A stretch of 64,000 nt of DNA, taken from contig JAHFHV010000001.1 in the NCBI GenBank assembly GCA_023246725.1, positions 13,618-77,617 on the forward strand, written 5' to 3'. Below the pieces are notes generated by a model, which saw nothing but the letters and a program-made list of their open reading frames with translations, had not been told where the DNA came from and did no database searches. This DNA is from Candidatus Magasanikiibacteriota bacterium. GTDB taxonomy: Bacteria; Patescibacteriota; Patescibacteriia; Magasanikbacterales; GWA2-37-8. This document shows positions 1 through 9,727 of the stretch, in pieces. Positions within the stretch are counted from its first letter, which is position 1; each line of letters opens with the position of its first letter. The translations under genes were made by a program, and so were the position numbers.

Positions 1-44
1 CACCATGGTTATGAATAGTTCGTAGCCATAGTGAGGACAGCCGC

Positions 45-77
45 AAAAAAACAGACTTTTAAGAAGTCTGTTTTTTT
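45..77. terminator. Intrinsic terminator-like hairpin, bidirectional
   Basis: aaaaaaacagactt-ttaag-aagtctgttttttt. Confidence 0.6.
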
Positions 78-89
78 ATGCGTTGCCAT

Positions 90-205
90 AAATACCCCTT
101 CCCTCGCCCTCCCCTTAAGAGGGGGAGGAGAATAGCGAACGAACGACGCTCGTTGTCGCGTTGGCTCCCTCCCCTGTTAGGGGAGGGACAGTGGGAGGGG
201 TATTT
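90..205. repeat. REP-like palindromic element, ccctcccc/gggaggg family
   Basis: aaatacccc...ggggtattt terminal inverted repeat with two internal hairpins; same family as recG insert 49996-50082. Confidence 0.75.
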
Positions 206-253
206 GGAGCCATTGCGGAATCCAGGATTATTTGTTAGGATAATCGGGATATA

Positions 254-1150
254 ATGTCTCGCGTAGCTATGCCAGAGATTGAACAATCGCCCGAAAAACA
301 AGCTGAACTCCAGATACTGAAAAAACGGGTTGAAGGAGCCTTGGCAAATCCGGAAACACATGCTAAAGCCAAAGCTGATTTTGAATATACATTTGTGCAG
401 TTGGGCCTGCCCTCTGAAGAAGCTGTCAGTTTATGCCAAGGTATTTTTACCGCCGTTTTGAGTGGTCGGCCACTGGAGCGAATTGAGCAAGACATTTTGA
501 AACAATTTGAATCAATTGTAGTTGGCGCGGGCGACAGCAAGCGTACCTTGGTGGACGTTCTGGAACATCAGCTCAATGGGCGCGCGCAAAAAATATTTTC
601 TCAAGTCGTTTTGCATTTAAAAAATTGTAAAGGAAAAATTATAGATTATGGCGCCGGTGATGGGCAGGTGACACAACTGTTGCGCGACGAAGGCGGATTA
701 GACATTGAAGGGTTTGATGTGCGGACGTATGTGAACCCGGCGGTAACCGTGCCAATTAAATTTTTTGACGGCAAACGATTGCCGGCTCCTGATGGAGCAT
801 ATGAGGCCGCTGTTCTGACGAATGTTTTGCATCACGAAAAAGATAATGAAAAAATATTGGCTGAGTTGGATAGGGTTGTGACCAAGCGTCTGGTGATTTT
901 GGAGACGGTACCGGTTGGCAAAACCGAAGAAGAAATGGAAGCGGATAAAGACCGGACATTTATGAATGATTATTTGTATAATCGTTTGTTTCACAACGCT
1001 GATGTGCCGGTACCCGGGACGTTTGAAACGCCGTCCGGCTGGATTAAGCGTTTAGCTGACCATGGATGGCGTTTGACGTATCAAGAGGATTTGCGGTTTG
1101 ATCAATCAATTATTAAAGACCGTCATTATTTATTAGTATTTGATCGTTAA
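254..1150 (+). CDS. Class I SAM-dependent methyltransferase
   Basis: IIDYGAGDG motif I, VLHH, VILE motifs. Confidence 0.8.
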   Translation: MSRVAMPEIEQSPEKQAELQILKKRVEGALANPETHAKAKADFEYTFVQLGLPSEEAVSLCQGIFTAVLSGRPLERIEQDILKQFESIVVGAGDSKRTLVDVLEHQLNGRAQKIFSQVVLHLKNCKGKIIDYGAGDGQVTQLLRDEGGLDIEGFDVRTYVNPAVTVPIKFFDGKRLPAPDGAYEAAVLTNVLHHEKDNEKILAELDRVVTKRLVILETVPVGKTEEEMEADKDRTFMNDYLYNRLFHNADVPVPGTFETPSGWIKRLADHGWRLTYQEDLRFDQSIIKDRHYLLVFDR

Positions 1151-1155
1151 TTTGT

Positions 1156-3045
1156 ATGTCCACACAGCAACTCACCGAGCTCGCCAAACTTATTCGCTAT
1201 TATTCACTTGTCTCCACCACCGCGGCTGGCTCTGGTCATCCCACATCTTCCCTCTCGGCGGCGGACTTGATGACTGTTTTAATGTTCAACGGATTTTTTA
1301 GAACTGATTTAGATAATCACGCATATATCAATAACGACCGGCTGATTTTTTCTAAAGGCCACGCGTCGCCCTTGTTTTATTCGATTTACGCGGCGGCCGG
1401 CAAAGTGAATGAAGAAGAAATGCTGACGCTCCGCAAGTTTGGAAGTCGCTTAGAAGGGCACCCTACTATGATGTTTCCGTATACCGAAGTGCCGACCGGT
1501 TCTTTGGGACAAGGGTTGTCGGTGGGCGTTGGAATGGCTTTGAACGCTAAACTGGATAAGCTCCCGTATCGTACCTGGGTGCTTTTGGGGGATAGTGAAA
1601 TGGCCGAAGGCAGTGTGTGGGAAGCGATGGCCTGTGCTTCGCATTACAAACTTAATAATTTAGTGGCGATTTTGGATGTGAATCGGCTCGGTCAGCGGGG
1701 GGAAACGATGTACGGGCACCACACCGAAGTGTATGAAGCCAAAGCCAAGGCCTTTGGATGGGAGACGATTGTGATTGATGGGCATAATTATGAGGAAATA
1801 GCGGTGGCGTACGCGACGGCCATAAATCAAAAAAACAATAAATCAAAAAATCAAAGCGAACGGCCGACGATGATAATTGCCAAAACGTTGAAAGGCAAAG
1901 GTGTTTCGTTTATAGAAGATAAAGACGGATGGCACGGGAAGGCGTTGTCGAAAGAGGAGCTTGTATTGGCACTTAAAGAGTTGGGAGAAGTGAATAAAAC
2001 GGTTAAGGGAGAAGTTGTGAAACCGGAAGTGGTGGAAACGAAGAATGAAGAATTAAGAATGAATATCCAATATCCAATATCCAATATCCAATATCCTACC
2101 GACAAGCCGGTAGCGACGCGTAAAGCGTTTGGGAATGCGCTGCTTAATATTTATGCCGAGTTCCCCAACATGGTGGTACTTGACGCGGAAGTAAGCAATT
2201 CAACGTACACGGAATTTTTTAAGAAAGCACACCCGGAGCGATTTTTTGAGATGTACATTGCGGAGCAAAATATGGTTGGCGTGGCAACGGGGTTGGATCG
2301 TCGCGGTAAGTTGGTATTTGCCTCCACGTTTGCCGCATTTTTTGCGCGCGCGTTTGACCAAATTCGAATGAGTCAATACGCAGAGTCAAATATCAAATTT
2401 ATTCAGTCGCATGCCGGCGTATCAATAGGCGAAGATGGCGCGTCGCAGATGGCGCTGGAGGATTTGGCAATGTTTCGGTCGCTTTTAAATATCGTCGTAT
2501 TATATCCGTGTGACGCGATTTCGGAAGAAAAATTAGTTGTTGCGGCGGCTCGGCACAAGGGCAACGTGTATATTCGCAATACCAGAAAAGAAACGCCGAT
2601 TTTATATAGTCCAACTGAAGAATTTCCAATTGGCGGGAGTAAAACGGTACGTTCGAGTGATTCCGATGTGGTGACAGTGATTGGGGCCGGGGTGACGTTA
2701 TTTGAGGTACTGAAGGCGTACGATGAATTACAAAAAGAGGGGATTAATATAAGGGTGGTGGATCTTTACAGTATTAAGCCACTTGATAGTGCGATGCTCG
2801 CGAAAGCGGCGCAAGAGACGAAGGCAATTATTACCGTTGAGGATCATTATGCCGAGGGCGGATTAGGTGAGGCCACCGCGACTGCGGTCGCGGAATTAAG
2901 AATGAAGAATGAAGAATGTCGAATACTGGTGATTCGATTGGCGGTGAGGAAGATGCCCAAGAGCGGCAAACCGGAGGAGTTGTTGGCGTATGAGGAGATT
3001 GATGCGAAGGCGATTGTGAAGAAGGTTAAAGAGATAATTAAATAA
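1156..3045 (+). CDS. tkt: Transketolase, single chain
   Basis: SGHPTSSLS, FSKGHA, GSLGQG, LGDSEMAEG (ThDP), IAEQNM, GEDGASQM. Confidence 0.95.
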   Translation: MSTQQLTELAKLIRYYSLVSTTAAGSGHPTSSLSAADLMTVLMFNGFFRTDLDNHAYINNDRLIFSKGHASPLFYSIYAAAGKVNEEEMLTLRKFGSRLEGHPTMMFPYTEVPTGSLGQGLSVGVGMALNAKLDKLPYRTWVLLGDSEMAEGSVWEAMACASHYKLNNLVAILDVNRLGQRGETMYGHHTEVYEAKAKAFGWETIVIDGHNYEEIAVAYATAINQKNNKSKNQSERPTMIIAKTLKGKGVSFIEDKDGWHGKALSKEELVLALKELGEVNKTVKGEVVKPEVVETKNEELRMNIQYPISNIQYPTDKPVATRKAFGNALLNIYAEFPNMVVLDAEVSNSTYTEFFKKAHPERFFEMYIAEQNMVGVATGLDRRGKLVFASTFAAFFARAFDQIRMSQYAESNIKFIQSHAGVSIGEDGASQMALEDLAMFRSLLNIVVLYPCDAISEEKLVVAAARHKGNVYIRNTRKETPILYSPTEEFPIGGSKTVRSSDSDVVTVIGAGVTLFEVLKAYDELQKEGINIRVVDLYSIKPLDSAMLAKAAQETKAIITVEDHYAEGGLGEATATAVAELRMKNEECRILVIRLAVRKMPKSGKPEELLAYEEIDAKAIVKKVKEIIK

Positions 3046-3085
3046 AAATTTAAAAGACGCCTCATATGAAGGCGTCTTTTAAATT
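3046..3085. terminator. Bidirectional terminator between convergent tkt and gyrA
   Basis: aatttaaaagacgcct...aggcgtcttttaaatt inverted repeat. Confidence 0.8.
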
Positions 3086-3099
3086 GTGAATAGTAGTAT

Positions 3100-5565
3100 T
3101 TAGATAATAGTGACACTCGCCACTTTATCACCCTCTTCTTTAAAGCGCATCAGGCGAACACCCTGGGTGGCTCTCCCGGTGGTGTTAATTGATTTGAAAG
3201 GTAGGCGGATGACCTGGCCTTTGCCACTCATCATCATTAAGTCTTGGTTTTCCGCATTGGCGCGATTAATAACCTTGGCGTATACAATCGGGCCGGTTTT
3301 GGCGGTAACCTCGGCGGTTTTAATACCACTGCCGCCGCGGCCTTGCACTTTGTATTCATTTAGTTCGGTACATTTGCCAAGGCCATTAGCGCCCACGGTG
3401 AGGAATTCTAGGCTTTGGTTTTTGGGGTCCACAATATCCATGCCAATCACCGTGTCATCACTCCGAAGGCGCATGCCGCGTACGCCGGCAGCCGTGCGGC
3501 CCATACTGCGGACGTCTTTTTCTTTAAAGCGGATGGCCTGGCCACCTTTGGTCGCAATCATAAGTTCATCATTTCCAGTCGATGGCTTGACCCATTCTAA
3601 ATTATCATCGCCCTTAAGTTTAAGAGCGATAAGCCCACTCCGGCGAACATTAGCAAAATCGGCTAGTTCAGTTTTTTTGATGAGTCCTTTGGTTGTGACC
3701 ATCACTAAGTGTTTAATTTTTTCAAGGTTACTCATGGGCAGGAGTGCCGTAATGGTTTCGTTCGGGGCCAATTGTAAAAAGTTAACGAGGGCCTGGCCTT
3801 TGGCGGTGCGGCTGCCTTGGGGAATATCATAGGCCATGAGCTGAAATACCCGGCCGCGGCTGGTGAAAAACAAAATATTGTCGTGCGTGCTCACCGTCAG
3901 GAGTTGGTCCACGGATTCGTCTTCTTTGGTGGTAACACCAATCACGCCTTTGCCGCCGCGCGATTGCTGTTTGAAGGTGTCGGGCGGCAGGCGTTTAATG
4001 TAGCCATCGGTGGTTGTCATTACCATGGTTGGTTCGTTGGGGATCAGGTCTTCGGTAGTAAATTCTTTCACACCGTGGGCAATAATTTGGGTCTTGCGGT
4101 CATTGCCGTATTTCTCTTTGAGCGTTATGGTCTCGGTTTTTACAATGCCGAGAATCTTGCTCTCGGACGCTAAAATTGATTCCAATTCTTTAATGATGAA
4201 TTTTTTTTCTTTTAATTCATCTTCAATTTTTTGGCGCTCTAAGTTGGCTAACTGTTGCAGGCGCATTTCCAAAATCGCCGTAGTTTGCCGGTCGGTGAAT
4301 TTGAATTTTTTCATGAGTTCAACTTTGGCATCGTCTTTGTCTTTGGCCGCCCGGATGGTTTTGATAACCAAATCGATTTTATCCAGCGCCATACTTAAGC
4401 CTTCTAAAATATGGGCGCGGTCTTTATTTTTGACCAAATCAAACTCGGTGCGGCGGCGAATAACCACCTGGCGGTGCTTAATAAATTCCTCTAAAATATT
4501 TTTGATGTTGAGGACGCGCGGCTGAATGCCGTCGACCAGGGCCAGCATGTTGTAGTGGAAGGTGGTTTGAAGAGCGGTGTGGTTGTAGAGTTGGTTTAGA
4601 ATCTTTTTGGGATAAGCGTCTTTTTTCATTTCTATCACCACGCGCACACCGTCTTTATTAGATTCATCCCGAATGTCTTTAATACCTTCAATTTTTTTCT
4701 CTTGGACCAGGCCCGCAATTTTCTCAATCAGTTCCGCCTTGTTCACTTGATAAGGCATTTCGGTAACAATTATGCGGTACTGTCCATTTTTTGTTTCCTC
4801 AATTTCGGCTTTGGCGCGCATTACCACGCCGCCCCGGCCGGTCGCAAAGGCCGCCGCGATATCTTTTTTGCCATACACAATGCCGCCGGTCGGGAAATCT
4901 GGCCCCTGGATAATTTCATCCAGGTCTTCAATGGTAGTTTTGGGTTTGTCAATTAAGGCCACCACGCCGTCACAGAGTTCGCGCAGATTATGTGGGGGGA
5001 TAGACGTGGCCATACCAACCGCGATGCCGACCGTGCCGTTTAAGAGCAGATTGGGAACTTGCGTTGGTAAGACAGTTGGTTCTTGGTGTGAGCCGTCGTA
5101 GTTCGGGATGAAGTTAACGGTATCTTTGTCGATATCGGCGAGCATCTCTTCGGCCAGGGCGGTGAGGCGGGCTTCGGTGTAGCGCATGGCCGCGGCGCTG
5201 TCGCCATCCATACTGCCAAAGTTACCTTGGCCATTTACTAATTGGTGACGCATAGCAAAATCTTGGGCCATGCGAACCATGGAATCGTAAATGGCAGCGT
5301 CGCCGTGGGGGTGGTATTTGGCCATCACCTCACCCACCACGTGCGCGGATTTGCGAAAACGCGCGGTGTGGCGCAGGCCCAAATTGCCCATAGCATAGAG
5401 GATGCGGCGGTGCACGGGCTTGAGGCCGTCGCGTACATCGGGGAGCGCGCGCGAAATAATAACGCTCATGGCGTATTCCAAATATGATTGTTTCACTTCG
5501 TCCACAATCGGGGTGGGAGTAAGGCGGCCGATGTTGTTTTTAATAAGAGGAAGTTGTTCGGACAT
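3100..5565 (-). CDS. gyrA: DNA gyrase subunit A
   Basis: [28 protein letters not shown], GyrA box QSRGGKG, C-terminal pinwheel repeats. Confidence 0.98.
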   Translation of the reverse strand: MSEQLPLIKNNIGRLTPTPIVDEVKQSYLEYAMSVIISRALPDVRDGLKPVHRRILYAMGNLGLRHTARFRKSAHVVGEVMAKYHPHGDAAIYDSMVRMAQDFAMRHQLVNGQGNFGSMDGDSAAAMRYTEARLTALAEEMLADIDKDTVNFIPNYDGSHQEPTVLPTQVPNLLLNGTVGIAVGMATSIPPHNLRELCDGVVALIDKPKTTIEDLDEIIQGPDFPTGGIVYGKKDIAAAFATGRGGVVMRAKAEIEETKNGQYRIIVTEMPYQVNKAELIEKIAGLVQEKKIEGIKDIRDESNKDGVRVVIEMKKDAYPKKILNQLYNHTALQTTFHYNMLALVDGIQPRVLNIKNILEEFIKHRQVVIRRRTEFDLVKNKDRAHILEGLSMALDKIDLVIKTIRAAKDKDDAKVELMKKFKFTDRQTTAILEMRLQQLANLERQKIEDELKEKKFIIKELESILASESKILGIVKTETITLKEKYGNDRKTQIIAHGVKEFTTEDLIPNEPTMVMTTTDGYIKRLPPDTFKQQSRGGKGVIGVTTKEDESVDQLLTVSTHDNILFFTSRGRVFQLMAYDIPQGSRTAKGQALVNFLQLAPNETITALLPMSNLEKIKHLVMVTTKGLIKKTELADFANVRRSGLIALKLKGDDNLEWVKPSTGNDELMIATKGGQAIRFKEKDVRSMGRTAAGVRGMRLRSDDTVIGMDIVDPKNQSLEFLTVGANGLGKCTELNEYKVQGRGGSGIKTAEVTAKTGPIVYAKVINRANAENQDLMMMSGKGQVIRLPFKSINTTGRATQGVRLMRFKEEGDKVASVTII

Positions 5566-5589
5566 AGGATTTATTTATGTGATTTGATT

Positions 5590-5710
5590 TGTCATTCCGA
5601 ATCCCCCGTCACAGGGGGTGAGGAATCTCTGTCCAATCGTTGTCATTCCGACCGTAGTGGAGGAATCTCGCCAACAATCGCGAGATCCCTCGGCTGCGCT
5701 CGGGATGACA
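5590..5710. repeat. TGTCAT...ATGACA REP-like elements: half copy 5590-5634, full copy 5641-5710
   Basis: tgtcattccg...gaggaatctc twice, closing gagatccctcggctgcgctcgggatgaca. Confidence 0.85.
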
Positions 5711-5721
5711 ATTGACAATTA

Positions 5722-6126
5722 TTATTTATTTGTAGTGGTCGCTGTACTTGTTGTGTGCTCGGCCTGTGCCGTAACTGAAGCGGCGTTTAATTTATTCATT
5801 ACATCTTTAATTTGTTCTAGGGCGGCCCCGTGGTCGGCAGCCTGTTCTTTTTGTTTGGCAAAAATATCACCCCACTCTTGTTTGGTTTTGCTCGCCAAGG
5901 CAACTTCCGGCGCTTTGTTCCACTGCAGTCCGGAAATTTGTACAGTGACTGACCATCCCCAGAGCGCGAAAATTATTACGGAAAAACTAATTACTCCAAT
6001 CCACATTAATCGGCGAGCGTGGCGTTCGCGCTCAGTTTCTTTAAAAATAGGGAGCTCTGGGGTAGCCTCTATTGGAGTCTCCGGCGCTTCTTTTTTATGG
6101 CTCATTCGTTTCTTTTTTTGAGGCAT
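5722..6126 (-). CDS. Hypothetical single-pass membrane protein
   Basis: ORF with one TM helix; start set at MPQKK because upstream codons lie in a repeat. Confidence 0.7.
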   Translation of the reverse strand: MPQKKKRMSHKKEAPETPIEATPELPIFKETERERHARRLMWIGVISFSVIIFALWGWSVTVQISGLQWNKAPEVALASKTKQEWGDIFAKQKEQAADHGAALEQIKDVMNKLNAASVTAQAEHTTSTATTTNK

Positions 6127-6133
6127 ACCACAC

Positions 6134-6237
6134 AAAATGACAAAATCCAAATGACAAATGTCAAATCAAATCCAAAATCCCAATTCTAGAATTTGATATT
6201 TGAGCTTGATTTGACGTTTGAAATTTGTCATTTGATA
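6134..6237. repeat. Inverted pair of heptamer arrays (aaatgac/aaatgtc then tttgaca-type)
   Basis: A-rich 7-mer array followed by its reverse complement. Confidence 0.8.
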
Positions 6238-6282
6238 TTAAACTTTAGCTTTAATTTTTTTTACAGCACATAAAAGCTGTTT

Positions 6283-6897
6283 CTAAGTTTTTTCTAATAT
6301 AATTAGCCGTGTTTCTTCCTGCGGCAAATCTTTCTTTTTAATAATAATTTTTTTATCGGTCGTGTCCGGTTTAATTCCCAGCTCTTTAATAAAATCATTC
6401 ACGGGTTTGGCATTCGGGTCGGTGTCGCAATTGTAGGCAATGGGGATGACGATACGCGGTTCAAGGGTAGTCACAATCGCGGCGGCGTCTTCCGCGTTTA
6501 AATAATCGTTCGTGCCGCCCACCGGTACAATGAGGATATCCACGTGGCCTAATTTTTCTAAATCCTCCACGGCGGGTTTTTTAGTCAGCCTCCCTAAGTG
6601 CGCCACGGCCAAACTTTCGGCGTTGATTTTAAACATAACCGTGCCTTCGCTGGTGGGCCAGGTGGTAATCATGGCTTCTTTTAGTTCCACTTCGCCGAGC
6701 GTGGAGAGCACAAACGGACTTTGCGAGAGCGTGGCGGCATTGTCTTCGCCCTTGGAGAACAAGGCGATAGTGGGGGAGAAACTGCGCGGAAACTCTCCCT
6801 TACTAGGTTTGTAGGCGTCAATCAGGACGGTAACATCTTCATCTTGGAATTTGGTTTGGAGTTTAACGCAGGTTTGGCCGAGCCAGGATAAATGCAT
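6283..6897 (-). CDS. MBL-fold metallo-hydrolase-like protein, degenerate metal motif
   Basis: MHLSWLGQTC, LIDAY, VAHLG, DILIVPVGG, LEPRIVIP; no HxHxDH. Confidence 0.8.
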   Translation of the reverse strand: MHLSWLGQTCVKLQTKFQDEDVTVLIDAYKPSKGEFPRSFSPTIALFSKGEDNAATLSQSPFVLSTLGEVELKEAMITTWPTSEGTVMFKINAESLAVAHLGRLTKKPAVEDLEKLGHVDILIVPVGGTNDYLNAEDAAAIVTTLEPRIVIPIAYNCDTDPNAKPVNDFIKELGIKPDTTDKKIIIKKKDLPQEETRLIILEKT

Positions 6898-6906
6898 ACA
6901 AGAGTA

Positions 6907-6989
6907 AAAAGTTTGTAAAGTTATAAAGTTTATAAAGGAAGACAGGACAAGTAACTTTATAAACTTTGAACTTTTCGCCTTTATAAACT
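6907..6989. repeat. Inverted pair of 8-9-mer arrays (aaagtttat / ataaacttt)
   Basis: Half copy also at 17413-17450. Confidence 0.75.
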
Positions 6990-7039
6990 CCAACTATTTT
7001 ACCATAATTTGCCTGGGGTGGCAAGTCCGGCAGAGAGCC

Positions 7040-7102
7040 TTGACCCGCCCTTATTTTTATGCTAGTCTTGGGCTAACCGGACATATCCGGAGGAGGTGAA
7101 CC
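7040..7102 (+). promoter_or_regulatory. sigma70 promoter, hairpin and strong SD
   Basis: ttgacc-17-(TG)tagtct; ccgga-cata-tccgg; aggaggtg 4 nt before ATG. Confidence 0.65.
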
Positions 7103-7486
7103 ATGTACAAGCGAATAGTCCTTCCAGGTAAAATGGGGTCGGCGGGCGGGATCTCTGACGGGCTTTCACTCATGCTCGTGCCCTGTGGGCGGGCCTTCTG
7201 GGTCCACCACAACCTCAATGTGCTGGGATGGAACAGGGCGTGGGCGCCACCGCTCGTCCTCACGCAGAGCCAGGTGCCAGAGGAGTGGCTCGCCAAGGGC
7301 GCTTCGGTCTTGTGGGCTGACCAGGTGACACTCGACGAATGCAACTATTTCTCCAACACCCAACTCGGTGACGGCAGCTACCTCGTCCTGTTCACGCACA
7401 ACCACGGGAGCGGTTCTGATCGCGTGCACAAGATCGATCTGTTTGTCTCGCCGGGGCTCCCAGAGGTCGAACAGACCGAGCCTTGA
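7103..7486 (+). CDS. GC-rich hypothetical protein, 127 aa
   Basis: Strong SD, G/C-rich third positions, own promoter and 3' hairpin. Confidence 0.75.
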   Translation: MYKRIVLPGKMGSAGGISDGLSLMLVPCGRAFWVHHNLNVLGWNRAWAPPLVLTQSQVPEEWLAKGASVLWADQVTLDECNYFSNTQLGDGSYLVLFTHNHGSGSDRVHKIDLFVSPGLPEVEQTEP

Positions 7487-7557
7487 TCCCGCTCTTCCAA
7501 TCGGCCAAGGAGGCAGGCATGGCCCGCGCACCGCCGTAAGGCATGCCGACGAAGAAC

Positions 7558-7620
7558 AGAACCACCTTCCGACGCATCATATATATAGTTCGCTGTATGT
7601 ATGGTGCGAGGGTGGTTTTT
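7558..7620 (+). other. Conserved bulged 3' RNA hairpin, copy 1
   Basis: aaccacctt[ccga]cgcatcat-atatatag-ttcg-ctgtatgt-atggtgcg-agggtggtt plus U tract; homologous to 34753-34817. Confidence 0.8.
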
Positions 7621-7702
7621 TGTTTTGCCAGGATTCAGACAGATTTTGTGGATCTGCCTGCGGGCAGGGATTACACGGACTGCGACGGAAGATTGCGAAG
7701 TA

Positions 7703-7760
7703 TTGACAACGTAAAGACAGTGTAATACACTAGTAATGTTACTCATAAGTGTTATATTCT
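7703..7760 (+). promoter_or_regulatory. TA promoter with palindromic operators
   Basis: ttgaca-17-tacact overlapping gtgtaatacac, followed by gtaatgttac. Confidence 0.6.
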
Positions 7761-8048
7761 ATGTCTCATACCATCCAAGTTCGTGTTAACCCTAAAACCA
7801 AGCGCGCGGTAGGTAAGATTTTTGCGGAGCTCGGCCTGGACATGAGCACGGGGATTAAAATTTATTTTTCCCAGGTGCTTAAAACAGGCGGCGTGCCGTT
7901 TCCTTTATTAACTGAAAACGGGTTTACTCCGGAACAGGAAAACAAACTTTTGGCTATCGCGCGGCAAACCGAAGCCGACTATGCGAGCGGCAAGTTAAAA
8001 GCGTATTCATCGCTAGCAGAAATGAGAAAAGATATTTTGTCGCGCTAA
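7761..8048 (+). CDS. dinJ: RelB/DinJ family antitoxin
   Basis: IQVRV...IFAELGLDMSTGIKIYFSQV...GVPF RHH pattern. Confidence 0.85.
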   Translation: MSHTIQVRVNPKTKRAVGKIFAELGLDMSTGIKIYFSQVLKTGGVPFPLLTENGFTPEQENKLLAIARQTEADYASGKLKAYSSLAEMRKDILSR

Positions 8049-8051
8049 GGT

Positions 8052-8336
8052 ATGAGATTAATTATCTTGCCGTCAAAACAATTCAAACGCCAATACAGAC
8101 GCCTGCAAGTTTCCGGAAATGTTAGATTGATACATAAGCTTGATGCGATGATTGAGGCGCTGGCTTGTGGCGAGAAGCTCCCGGAAAGCGCCCGAAGCCA
8201 CAAACTTTTGGGCAATCTCAATAAATATGTAGAATGTCATGTTGAGCCGGACTGGTTATTGATTTATCAAGTTTACGAAGAAAATCTCATACTGGAACTT
8301 TTTGCCACCGGCACACACGCTACCCTGTTTGGATAG
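8052..8336 (+). CDS. yafQ: YafQ family mRNA interferase toxin
   Basis: HKLLG, ECHVEPDWLLIY, TGTHATLF. Confidence 0.9.
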   Translation: MRLIILPSKQFKRQYRRLQVSGNVRLIHKLDAMIEALACGEKLPESARSHKLLGNLNKYVECHVEPDWLLIYQVYEENLILELFATGTHATLFG

Positions 8337-8344
8337 GAGGGGTG

Positions 8345-8469
8345 TTGACATTTTCCACCTGTTAAGGTATACTATCGGCACAATCAATTTTTCAAGCTTT
8401 TCCGCATTTAAGAGAAAAGCCCTCGTCGCCTTTTACGGCCTACGGGTTAAAGAAAAATTTTTGTTTTTT
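8345..8469 (+). promoter_or_regulatory. rpsA promoter and structured leader
   Basis: ttgaca-17-tatact; hairpins gcttttc/gaaaagc and ccc..ggg enclosed by aattttt/aaaaatt. Confidence 0.6.
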
Positions 8470-9687
8470 ATGACAACTTCTAACAATAAAGACATTGTCA
8501 AAGCCGGCAGTTTTAAAACATTATTCCAGCTTCAGGCCATGGACGTGCCTAAGCCCGGGGACGTGATTAAAGGCAAAGTGATCTCCGTGGATAAAGGCGA
8601 GATCCATATTGATATTGAAGGCATGACGACCGGCGTGGTGCGCGGAGAGGAATTGTTTGCCGAATCCAGCGAGTACGGACATTTAAAAGTGGGAGATGTT
8701 GTGGAAGCCACTTTGGTGGAATTGGAAAACGAAAACGGCGAAATGGAATTGTCGTTCCGCATTGCCGGATTTAAGCGCGCCTGGGAAAACATGAAGAAAT
8801 TCCTTAAAGACGGACTTACCTTAAAAGCTAAAATTACCGGCGCGAATAAAGGCGGACTCATGATTCAGGTGGAAGCCTTGGCCGCGTTTATGCCGGTGTC
8901 ACAATTATCTCCGGATAATTACCCGCGTGTGGCCGGCGGCGACAAGAATCGCATTTTTGAAAAGTTGCGCGAAATGGTGGGCAAGGAAATGGAGGTAAAA
9001 GTGATTGACGTTAATGAGATGGAAGAAAAATTAATTGTGTCCGAGCGCGCCGTGTGGGAAGATTCCCAAAAGGCGGTGCTGGACGCCTATAAAATTGGCG
9101 ATGTGGTAGAGGGCGAAGTGTCCGCGCTTACTTCGTTTGGCGCGTTTATTCGCTTTGGCGAAGGACTGGAAGGCCTGGTGCATATTTCGGAAATTGCTTG
9201 GCAGAGAATTGACCACCCCAAGGATGTTTTAAAAGTTGGCCAAAAGGTAAAAGCGCAAATTATTCAGCTGGATCATTCTAAAATTTATCTCTCCATTAAG
9301 CGCACGATTGATGACCCGTGGAAAAGCGTGAAGGAGAAATATAAGGTAGGGGAGACGGTGAAAGGCAAGGTGCTTAAAATTGAATCATTCGGCCTGATGA
9401 TTGGGCTGGATAAAGATATTCATGGGCTGGCTCACATTTCTGAATTATCCGATGAGCCGATTGCCAACTTGGCGGATAAATTTAAGCCTGGCCAGGAACT
9501 GGAATTGGAAATTGTGTCCTTGGAACCAGCCGAGCACCGCTTGGGGCTTAAACTGGCGGGCGTTAAAGGCCGGAGCGGCCGGCGCAGCGAGGCCAAAGAA
9601 AAAATGGCTAAAGACGAGGGCAAGAAACTCCTTAAAGATGAAACTTTTGTAGGCGAGGAAAGGAAGCCGGAAGAGGTAAAAGAGTAA
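8470..9687 (+). CDS. rpsA: 30S ribosomal protein S1, four S1 domains
   Basis: S1 repeats (FGAFI...EGLVHISEI); ATG at 8470. Confidence 0.92.
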   Translation: MTTSNNKDIVKAGSFKTLFQLQAMDVPKPGDVIKGKVISVDKGEIHIDIEGMTTGVVRGEELFAESSEYGHLKVGDVVEATLVELENENGEMELSFRIAGFKRAWENMKKFLKDGLTLKAKITGANKGGLMIQVEALAAFMPVSQLSPDNYPRVAGGDKNRIFEKLREMVGKEMEVKVIDVNEMEEKLIVSERAVWEDSQKAVLDAYKIGDVVEGEVSALTSFGAFIRFGEGLEGLVHISEIAWQRIDHPKDVLKVGQKVKAQIIQLDHSKIYLSIKRTIDDPWKSVKEKYKVGETVKGKVLKIESFGLMIGLDKDIHGLAHISELSDEPIANLADKFKPGQELELEIVSLEPAEHRLGLKLAGVKGRSGRRSEAKEKMAKDEGKKLLKDETFVGEERKPEEVKE

Positions 9688-9688
9688 A

Positions 9689-9727
9689 AATATTAAACAG
9701 ATATTAAGAAAATATTAAACGAATATT
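9689..9727 (+). repeat. 4 x RATATT at 11-nt period ending at the ftsH ATG
   Basis: Units start at 9689, 9700, 9711, 9722. Confidence 0.75.

Noticed and set aside
59-361. Repeat-derived and antisense shadow ORFs (59-361, 5488-5715, 21427-22605, 12094-12810, 58530-59105 and others)
   Set aside because: Translations of palindromes or opposite strands of well-supported genes.
8302-8469. Long N-terminal extensions in the ORF track (rpsA, rplS, MBL protein, TPR-OmpA, miaA, radA)
   Set aside because: Extensions run through promoters, repeats or neighbouring genes; downstream ATGs fit better.
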